Of a DNA stretch of 64,000 nt, positions 57,844 to 64,000 are shown piece by piece. Source of the stretch: an uncultured virus (IMG/VR IMGVR_UViG_3300010885_060749). Lineage: Duplodnaviria > Heunggongvirae > Uroviricota > Caudoviricetes. The stretch lies in the IMG/VR virus record IMGVR_UViG_3300010885_060749. One strand, 5' to 3'. Numbering within the stretch: position 1 is the first letter of the stretch; each line of letters starts with the position of its first letter. The position numbers and the translations under genes are program-made. A model generated the notes under the pieces. It made no database searches, was not told the DNA's origin, and was given only the letters and a program-made list of their open reading frames with translations.

Positions 57844-57849
57844 TAAGTA
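57844..57849 (-). promoter_or_regulatory. Candidate late-promoter motif TACTTA at the head of the fibre operon
   Basis: TAnTTA 16 nt upstream of the start codon. Confidence 0.5.
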
Positions 57850-57856
57850 TTCTGAG

Positions 57857-59164
57857 CTAGAGCATCTGACCTGCGAGAGTCGCGAGTTCCGACCGTTCTC
57901 CTCTCTCAAGAGTAATATGACTTGTGAGATGAGAAGTCTTTAGCTTTTCAACAGAAATAGTCAAACCGTTAGAGTAGCTGTCAATGTAAGGAGTGTCAAT
58001 CTGATCAGTGTCTCCAAGGAGAACGATCTTGCTGTTCTTACCAGTTCTCGTGATGATCGTCTTCAACTCATGAATTGTCGTGTTCTGAGCCTCATCAACA
58101 ATGATGAAAGCATCAGCGAATGTTCGACCACGAATGAAAGAGAGCGGAGCAACGTCAATATCACCTCGGGCTCTCATCATCTCAAAGAATGTTGATTCTC
58201 CAAACGCTTGCCTGAAGTTGTCGACAATCGGAGATAGCCACGGAGCCATCTTGTCGTTGATATCACCGGGTAGGAAGCCAAGCTCCTTACCGACGGGCTC
58301 AATTGATCTTGTGATGATGATACGCTTGTACGTCTTCTCACTGAAACCCTGCATTCCAGCTGCGAGAGTAAGGAAAGTCTTACCGGATCCAGCAAGACCT
58401 GAAAGAGAGACGAGGGGAATCTCTGGATCAAGCAGAGCGTGAAGAGCAAACTTTTGCTCTTTGCTCCTAGCATTGATGCTGTTGCACTTGTAGTTTAAGG
58501 GCAGAAGCTTTCCGTTCTTATGGATTGCAAGAAAAGACTTCTTTGGATCAAGATCGGAGACAGCGTACACAAACTGATTCGGAAAGAGCTCAGGCATCCA
58601 TTCCTCGACCTCAAGCTCCTTCCTGGAGTAGAAGGTATCAATGTCACGATCAGCGAGCTCAATCGTCTCCTGACCTGAGTACATCTGGCGACCTTCCTTC
58701 ACACTCCTGATGTGATCGCGGAAGTAATCCTCCGCGATAAGACCCAGCGCGTCGCACTTCACTCTAAGGTTAATGTCCTTCGTTACGACCTTCACAGGCA
58801 CCCCTGGGTGTCTCTGCTTTAGGCCCAGGGCCACGATAACAAGTTGGTTATCACCTTTGGATGAATCGAGGCCAGAGGGCATCTGGATGCCCATAGGGCT
58901 CATCTCATTCTCAACCCGAATGGTCTGGTCCCCCGGCACCTGGACACCATCGTGAAGGTGACCTCCCTGCTGACGGAGCTGATCGAGGTACCTGTTCACG
59001 TATCGAGCTGACGATCCGAGTAGGTCTTGACGCTCCTTGAATCGATCCAACTCCTCAAGCACCACTAACGGAAGAATCACATCATTTCCGGGAAATGAGT
59101 GAATGCTCTGCATGTCATGAAGGAGAACCGACGTATCAACTACAAGAATCTTTCTGGTACTCAA
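57857..59164 (-). CDS. phoH: PhoH-family ATPase with N-terminal PIN domain (PhoH2 type)
   Basis: VVDTSVLLHD...VLEELD...DN...VTKDINLR PIN; GLAGSGKT; LGFLPG; RGRTF; IVDEAQN; GDTDQID. Confidence 0.93.
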   Translation of the reverse strand: MSTRKILVVDTSVLLHDMQSIHSFPGNDVILPLVVLEELDRFKERQDLLGSSARYVNRYLDQLRQQGGHLHDGVQVPGDQTIRVENEMSPMGIQMPSGLDSSKGDNQLVIVALGLKQRHPGVPVKVVTKDINLRVKCDALGLIAEDYFRDHIRSVKEGRQMYSGQETIELADRDIDTFYSRKELEVEEWMPELFPNQFVYAVSDLDPKKSFLAIHKNGKLLPLNYKCNSINARSKEQKFALHALLDPEIPLVSLSGLAGSGKTFLTLAAGMQGFSEKTYKRIIITRSIEPVGKELGFLPGDINDKMAPWLSPIVDNFRQAFGESTFFEMMRARGDIDVAPLSFIRGRTFADAFIIVDEAQNTTIHELKTIITRTGKNSKIVLLGDTDQIDTPYIDSYSNGLTISVEKLKTSHLTSHITLERGERSELATLAGQML

Positions 59165-59236
59165 CTTTTCCTATCGAGGTTGAAAATACTCGCCTCTCAA
59201 GTAAAGATATCATCTAAGAGACAAAGGTAACATCAA

Positions 59237-59491
59237 ATGGAGAACAAATTGACAGATACCGTGATTGGCACCACTTGCTTTGCTGAGCATGAAAAGCGTG
59301 GAGCGCAATGTCAGAAGAAGGGATGCAGGCAGTGGATGAATTCATCCTGTCACATGAACTGCGCGATCATCGCTGCATCCCAGAATGATGAAGGTATGAC
59401 TCTTCAGCAGATTGGAGATATATTCAACATCACGAGAATGAGAGTCTGTCAACTAGAAAAGGCCTCACTCCAGAAGATATCTGTGGAGTGA
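59237..59491 (+). CDS. Stand-alone sigma70 region-4 HTH protein with Cys-rich N-terminus
   Basis: MTLQQIGDIFNITRMRVCQLEKASLQKI matches the region 4.2 pattern TL.EIG..F.VTRERIRQIE..AL.KL; only credible plus-strand gene. Confidence 0.8.
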   Translation: MENKLTDTVIGTTCFAEHEKRGAQCQKKGCRQWMNSSCHMNCAIIAASQNDEGMTLQQIGDIFNITRMRVCQLEKASLQKISVE

Positions 59492-59496
59492 GGCCT
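59452..59496 (-). terminator. 13-bp hairpin terminator at the convergent junction
   Basis: AGGCCTCACTCCA (59460-59472) and TGGAGTGAGGCCT (59484-59496) form a perfect inverted repeat; TTTCTAGTT follows on the minus strand. Confidence 0.75.
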
Positions 59497-59513
59497 CGCC
59501 TATAATTTCGCGA

Positions 59514-59861
59514 TTAAGACTTGCTTGCAGCTGTCAAAAGAGCGATGATATCAGCCTTTGTGCTTGTGGGAGAGACGGTAAGACCCATCGAAACTGCCGC
59601 TTCGGTCAACTGCGCTTTGGTCCAAGTCGGATCCCAAGACACAACAGGAGCAGTCTCAACAACGTTTGCGTCGATCGGCTCAGGTGCGGGGGTCGTATCG
59701 GTCTGAACCGGAACGCTTTCTACCACCTCGGTTACAAGCTCTTTGATCTCTATAGGAGCTTGCTCCACGGGGGCTTCAACAATTTCTTGAGTTGCCTGGT
59801 CGTCGGTCGAAACCTCAGCAAAATGCGGCTTTCCAGCAAGTCGATAGAGAGATGCTGGCAT
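59514..59861 (-). CDS. Protein with acidic Pro-rich linker and C-terminal HeH/LEM/Rho-N-like domain
   Basis: WTKAQLTEAAVSMGL.V....TKADIIALL; ATG at 59861. Confidence 0.65.
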   Translation of the reverse strand: MPASLYRLAGKPHFAEVSTDDQATQEIVEAPVEQAPIEIKELVTEVVESVPVQTDTTPAPEPIDANVVETAPVVSWDPTWTKAQLTEAAVSMGLTVSPTSTKADIIALLTAASKS

Positions 59862-59862
59862 G

Positions 59863-60066
59863 TTACTCTGCAGCCTTCCTGCTCTTCTCAACCTCGACCA
59901 TGGACTTGATAAGAGTCGCAGCTTCTTTCTTCAGAAGTCTGAGTCCACGACGAGCACGAACACCAGCAGACGCGTTTCCGCCTGCATTCTTCTGGATGTC
60001 AAGATCCATCGACTCGATTAGGGTCTTAACACGATTCCAAGTCTCAGCGATTGCTTCATTTGCCAT
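59863..60066 (-). CDS. Histone H1-like (Hc1-type) small DNA-binding protein
   Basis: D.QK...GNASAGVRARRGL..LK matches the GN.AAG.RARK motif of Hc1-like proteins. Confidence 0.75.
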   Translation of the reverse strand: MANEAIAETWNRVKTLIESMDLDIQKNAGGNASAGVRARRGLRLLKKEAATLIKSMVEVEKSRKAAE

Positions 60067-60069
60067 TTT

Positions 60070-60306
60070 TTACTCCGTTGTTATGATGTTTGAAGAAACT
60101 TGCGCTCCTTCGAGCGCTTCTTTGGCAACTGTAGAGATGACCATTAGGGCTTCTCTGTCTTCCAGCTCCATTGCCAAAAGCTTAATGATATTTAGAATTT
60201 GACGCTGATTTACGCCAAACTTCAATATTTCAGAGACAATTTGTCTTGATTTTAGAGTTTCCTGCGCCCACTTCTCAGTCTCTGTTTGTCCAACTTTCTC
60301 AGTCAT
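60070..60306 (-). CDS. Hypothetical protein (78 aa)
   Basis: ORF coupled in operon. Confidence 0.6.
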   Translation of the reverse strand: MTEKVGQTETEKWAQETLKSRQIVSEILKFGVNQRQILNIIKLLAMELEDREALMVISTVAKEALEGAQVSSNIITTE

Positions 60307-60749
60307 TAGAACGCCTCTATCCTGAACTTTCCGTCATCTACAAAAATTAATCTCTTACCGTGCAGGTCACCCACCTCGTCTTCCTCTTTAGCTAGTGTTA
60401 TCCACTGATCCCAAGATTTAGTGAGATAAATCCACTCGGCCTGCTCCCATGTAGCAATGTCACATTGGTAAGATTCTAAGACTCTGATAAGATCTTGAGA
60501 TATTGAAAATTTTATGTCTTCAATATTCGGAAGAGATTTTGCATCTTCTTTTGAGGTCAACTCTGATTTACAGATATCTGTGATTTTATGAATGACACCA
60601 CAGTTATTGCATTGAGCAAATTTCGGTTGGACAGTGTCAGAATCATCAATCACAGAAAAAACTGCAAACTTATGAAATACGGGATCAGCAGCATTCTTAA
60701 ACTGTGGAAGAATGCAATGACATTGAATTAAGTGCTTGATCCCTTGCAA
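60306..60749 (-). CDS. Hypothetical protein with possible Zn-binding Cys motifs
   Basis: QCHC and QCNNCG. Confidence 0.6.
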   Translation of the reverse strand: MQGIKHLIQCHCILPQFKNAADPVFHKFAVFSVIDDSDTVQPKFAQCNNCGVIHKITDICKSELTSKEDAKSLPNIEDIKFSISQDLIRVLESYQCDIATWEQAEWIYLTKSWDQWITLAKEEDEVGDLHGKRLIFVDDGKFRIEAF

Positions 60750-60752
60750 GTT

Positions 60753-61007
60753 TCACCCGAAGAGCTTGTTCTTCTTGGGAGCATCAGACTCTTTCTGAAT
60801 TTCTTTGAAAAGCGAGATGTACTGATTAACGCCGTTGTACCCCACACTCTCAATCGTTGACTTTACGATGCTTGTCGCACGAACAACCTGATCGTCCGAA
60901 AGCTTCATCTCGTTCTTTAGGACCAAGGTCAAGTTAGCCGTTACGTTATCAGAAATTGCACCGAGAACGTCATGCGTTACTCTACCGACATCAGATTCAA
61001 GACTCAT
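60753..61007 (-). CDS. Hypothetical protein
   Basis: ATG at 61007 after GGAGAGG. Confidence 0.6.
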   Translation of the reverse strand: MSLESDVGRVTHDVLGAISDNVTANLTLVLKNEMKLSDDQVVRATSIVKSTIESVGYNGVNQYISLFKEIQKESDAPKKNKLFG

Positions 61008-61054
61008 TTTTTCCTCTCCATTAAAATTCACAATAAAGCTCAAAAAAGTAAAGG

Positions 61055-61498
61055 TTATTTTGTGAGTCTGTCAGCTATTGTTGCAGCAGCCCAAGCGTCT
61101 GGCTTGATTGTCGGAGAGAATCCCATACCAGAAATGTAATTCTGAGCTATTTTTGCGACCCGATTAGACTTGTTCTTGGGATTCGACGCGATATCAGCGT
61201 GAACGTGTATTTGAAGATTAGGATTCATCTTTCTTATCTGATCGGCTACAGTAACTGAGCTGTGAACTTCAGACAGGAGCCTGTCCTCAAGACACGCGTA
61301 AGTTGATCTAACTCTTTTGTCTCTTTTGAAGAAATACTTACCGCCCCGTCCGGGCCAGTAGAGACAAATGACCGAGGCAAAGACCCAAGAACCTGACGAA
61401 AGCTGGGAATCCGATCCCACAAACACCTGGCACTCGTTGTCAATTTGAGAAATTATCTGTGAGAAATCGTTTTGATTTCCGCTCGGGTCTAACCACAT
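61055..61498 (-). CDS. RNase H-like YkuK family protein
   Basis: VFVGSDSQ; GRGG.YF; RL..EV..S; HVHADI; IKP.AWAA..IAD. Confidence 0.85.
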   Translation of the reverse strand: MWLDPSGNQNDFSQIISQIDNECQVFVGSDSQLSSGSWVFASVICLYWPGRGGKYFFKRDKRVRSTYACLEDRLLSEVHSSVTVADQIRKMNPNLQIHVHADIASNPKNKSNRVAKIAQNYISGMGFSPTIKPDAWAAATIADRLTK

Positions 61499-62721
61499 TT
61501 GTCAACCTCCAAAATGGTGCTACACTTGGTCAGAATAGAAATGAAAGATTTAGAGCTCGATGTTCCAGCTTTTAAAGCTGAGAATGGAAGAAGCGTGCCG
61601 GAGTAATTAACTACGCCGGAAGACATGCACGATTTTGCGTATCGAAGTCCAAAATCAACACGATCTCTTTGAATACCGGAAAGTGACTTCTTGTCAGCAC
61701 CGATCTTTATTGTTACGAGACCAGAACCAAGTGCGCCAAGACGACGCCGGATGAGATCTGACTGATCTTGATCGCAGCTTGATAATTTTGATGCTAATCT
61801 AGAAACAACGTTAGAAACTCTATTCTCTTTAAACTCAATCTCAGTAGATGACAAGTTACAGACAATTTGATCAGCAGCAACGCAGGAATCTAGATCAACC
61901 GATGAGATAAGCTGTCCTTTGTCCGCCGATACAGGTTCCGCGCCAAAGCAATTCGCAAGATCTGCCATCCCATTCACTCCAACTTCATCGAATGGAATCA
62001 CCACAGGAACCACTCGTGCCGTCTGTCTCTTGATGTTGACGGCTGAGGTCGCGATGACCTCTTCGTTAAATCCTCTTGCGAAGATAACAACGGGAATTTT
62101 TTTGTCGTAAGAGTCTTGAAATATCCTATGACACTCTGAGACGCTTTCAATGATTCCATCGATAAAGACTATTTTGCAATTCTGGACTGCAATTTTAGAT
62201 TGACCCGCAGCTGCAAAAAAATCTGACGGTGGATGCCATCGACATGATTGCGTTCCGTAGGTGATCTCTGTCTTTTGAACGTCACTAGAGTCTAAGACGA
62301 TCTTTCCGTTTCTCCCAGCTATCGAAATTGAATCAACCACAATGTCAGAGACTATTTGGTCAGATAGAGACAGCAGACTCTTCCTAAGATCATCCACACT
62401 GAACCTATGACCAAAGTCCAGATCTAAGTTTTTTGATCTAGCGATCTCAGAAAGAGCAACAAAAGAACCACCAGCGCTTTGCTGCTCAGCGTCAAGCAAG
62501 CATTTTAGAAGGAGGTTCCTGGTGGGAGACTCAGGAACAGTTTCTGAAATAGCTCTAATACTCTCACATTCGCAAAGAGAGATTGAAGAATCTCCAAGAT
62601 TTACGAAAATACTTCTTTCTTTTAACTTTCTAAGAAGATCAGAAGCAAAAGATCTCCAGAGCTTTTGGCTGTTTTCGGGATTTTTTGTGAGTCTGCGCTT
62701 CATCGTTTGAATTGTACTCAT
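61489..62721 (-). CDS. Degenerate GroEL/Cpn60-like protein (410 aa)
   Basis: Apical-domain match PVVIFARGFNEEVIATSAVN; RRLGALGSGLVTIKIG; RDRVD...GVV; GDGTTT motif absent. Confidence 0.7.
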   Translation of the reverse strand: MSTIQTMKRRLTKNPENSQKLWRSFASDLLRKLKERSIFVNLGDSSISLCECESIRAISETVPESPTRNLLLKCLLDAEQQSAGGSFVALSEIARSKNLDLDFGHRFSVDDLRKSLLSLSDQIVSDIVVDSISIAGRNGKIVLDSSDVQKTEITYGTQSCRWHPPSDFFAAAGQSKIAVQNCKIVFIDGIIESVSECHRIFQDSYDKKIPVVIFARGFNEEVIATSAVNIKRQTARVVPVVIPFDEVGVNGMADLANCFGAEPVSADKGQLISSVDLDSCVAADQIVCNLSSTEIEFKENRVSNVVSRLASKLSSCDQDQSDLIRRRLGALGSGLVTIKIGADKKSLSGIQRDRVDFGLRYAKSCMSSGVVNYSGTLLPFSALKAGTSSSKSFISILTKCSTILEVDKCG

Positions 62722-62752
62722 TCGATGGTTAAGAGATAAACGATGGTGAACG

Positions 62753-63184
62753 TTATGTTGATCTATTCTTAACGGTCGACTCTGCCCAGTCGATAGCTCC
62801 CAGAAGATAAGGATAGCATCTTCTTCTCATTTCGTCCCAAGTGAGCCAATGATAGCCATCGTGCTCGTACTGCTTTGTTTCGGGATTCATGAGTATCTCC
62901 GGCTCCTGATCCGTAGATGCGATGTAGACGATAACATCTTTGTGAGGGCGTTCGGAAACGAAATAATGGTTCCCCCACAGCATGTCAGATGAAGAAACAT
63001 TGATACCAGCTTCTTCTCTGCACTCTCTCACTGCAGCATCAATATCACTTTCTCCAACCTCAACGTGTCCTTTTGGGATATCAATCTTTCCCCACACTCT
63101 GAGACCGAGTACTTCCCACGTTGTACCGTTTCTTCGAACAATTACGAAACCAGCTGATCTTTCTTTTTGTTTTTTCGCTTTCAT
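62753..63184 (-). CDS. NUDIX hydrolase (Ap4A-hydrolase-like)
   Basis: ERSAG; PKGHVEVGESDIDAAVRECREEAGI Nudix box; EH..Y.W. Confidence 0.92.
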   Translation of the reverse strand: MKAKKQKERSAGFVIVRRNGTTWEVLGLRVWGKIDIPKGHVEVGESDIDAAVRECREEAGINVSSSDMLWGNHYFVSERPHKDVIVYIASTDQEPEILMNPETKQYEHDGYHWLTWDEMRRRCYPYLLGAIDWAESTVKNRST

Positions 63185-63197
63185 AATGACCTAAAGT

Positions 63198-63203
63198 TAA
63201 ATA
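63198..63203 (-). promoter_or_regulatory. Candidate TATTTA motif upstream of the NUDIX gene
   Basis: TAnTTA 13 nt upstream of the ATG. Confidence 0.35.
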
Positions 63204-63245
63204 GATCTTATAAACAACTTCCGAACAAGTTCAGATGCAGGGAAC

Positions 63246-63719
63246 TTAACGGTAAATTTTATCCTTACCAACTTTCTGCGCAAAGTAGCTGAGCAATGAA
63301 CCACCGGCAATGTTAGCTTGCCATTCTATCGGACTAAGGTGGTGAGGTTTCGTTATTTTTTCAGGGACAAGACCTAATTCGTGCTGTCTGAGATGAAAAA
63401 CCTCATGAGCGATAGATCTTAGCATATCAGCCAAAGATCTCCCATGACAGTAGATCTTGATTCTATTTTCGCTGAATGAGCAAATTGCAGTTGTTACGAT
63501 GTGCGATCTCTTCCTATTTGCGCTGAGAAAGCATTTATACTCTCCCTCAAGTTCTAAAGAGTCGACGCAAAGAGACAGAAAATCTCTAATGATTTTCTGG
63601 TCCTTCTTTTCAATCTTAAGGCCCTTGTCAATAAAAATAGAAAAATTCGAGGTCTTATTGATCTCAACCCCGTCTTCCAGTTTGGACATTAGGCTTTTGA
63701 CAAGCTGCGATGTTTTCAT
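63246..63719 (-). CDS. HExxH zincin-like metallopeptidase-domain protein
   Basis: LRSIAHEVFHLRQ followed by E..AN. Confidence 0.7.
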   Translation of the reverse strand: MKTSQLVKSLMSKLEDGVEINKTSNFSIFIDKGLKIEKKDQKIIRDFLSLCVDSLELEGEYKCFLSANRKRSHIVTTAICSFSENRIKIYCHGRSLADMLRSIAHEVFHLRQHELGLVPEKITKPHHLSPIEWQANIAGGSLLSYFAQKVGKDKIYR

Positions 63720-63731
63720 GCATCTTAAATA

Positions 63732-64000
63732 TCACGACTTGGACTTAAGCGCATCAACGAGTGTGGAAGACGATTGAACTTTTCCTCCTCCAACATTGAA
63801 AATCACTTGAGTTCCCATTTGCTCGCAAAGGTCAAACTCGGGAACGTTCGAGGCTGCGTCCCTGTCTCCCCCTTTTGTGAATGCGAAGGGTTTCAAAATA
63901 GCCAGGGCACCCGTGACAGTCTGACTTCCATCGTCCCATGGAACAACGTAATCGACCCCCTTCACACCTGCGATGATCTCCATCCTTTCGGATGCTGGCA
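63732..64000 (-). CDS. Cytidylyltransferase-family protein, partial (5' end outside window)
   Basis: ERMEII..VKGVDYVV; KP..F.KGGDR; GGGKVQSSSTLV. Confidence 0.8.
   Translation of the reverse strand, partial: PASERMEIIAGVKGVDYVVPWDDGSQTVTGALAILKPFAFTKGGDRDAASNVPEFDLCEQMGTQVIFNVGGGKVQSSSTLVDALKSKS

Noticed and set aside
193..63777. The many short plus-strand and alternative-frame ORFs in the track (e.g. 193..438, 14302..14820, 39722..40324, 53546..54115)
   Set aside because: They lie antisense to or inside well-supported genes, with no recognisable motifs; treated as shadow ORFs
1..64000. Eukaryotic giant virus origin, suggested by the sugar cluster
   Set aside because: Baseplate wedge genes, a sigma factor, SD sequences and overlapping operons indicate a bacteriophage
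1..64000. Stop-codon reassignment
   Set aside because: Code 11 gives dense, full-length, abutting genes ending in TAA, TAG and TGA
1..64000. tRNA, rRNA, introns, inteins, IS elements
   Set aside because: Intergenic gaps are too short and I saw no cloverleaf, splicing, homing-endonuclease or transposase signatures; a covariance-model scan was not possible

Overview
A 64-kb segment of a large tailed (contractile-tail, jumbo-type) bacteriophage genome. It uses the standard bacterial genetic code, is densely coding, and has about 66 credible genes, all but one on the minus strand. In transcription order (right to left): (1) small accessory genes (cytidylyltransferase, HExxH protein, NUDIX, degenerate GroEL-like protein, YkuK RNase H-like, Hc1-like, HeH-domain protein, a lone plus-strand sigma-region-4 protein, PIN-PhoH); (2) four fibre/decoration genes built from shared modules; (3) a ~24.5-kb nucleotide-sugar and glycosyltransferase island (7 GT genes, 6 SDR-fold enzymes, Glf, UGD-like, heptose kinase and nucleotidyltransferase, WcbK-like dehydratase, ColD-type 3-dehydratase, RmlC-like epimerase, a ThDP E1 alpha/beta pair, two 2OG-Fe(II) oxygenases) with a Cas4-like nuclease embedded; (4) a phage sigma factor; (5) a baseplate and tail-periphery module. 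The best candidate for a new system is phage-encoded virion glycosylation that builds an unusual deoxy or branched sugar, possibly a heptose. Peripheral virion proteins carry a recurring [S/T]-G-S motif that could be the acceptor site. A TAnTTA motif upstream of structural genes is a candidate late promoter. All product calls come from motif recognition by eye; no database searches were run.
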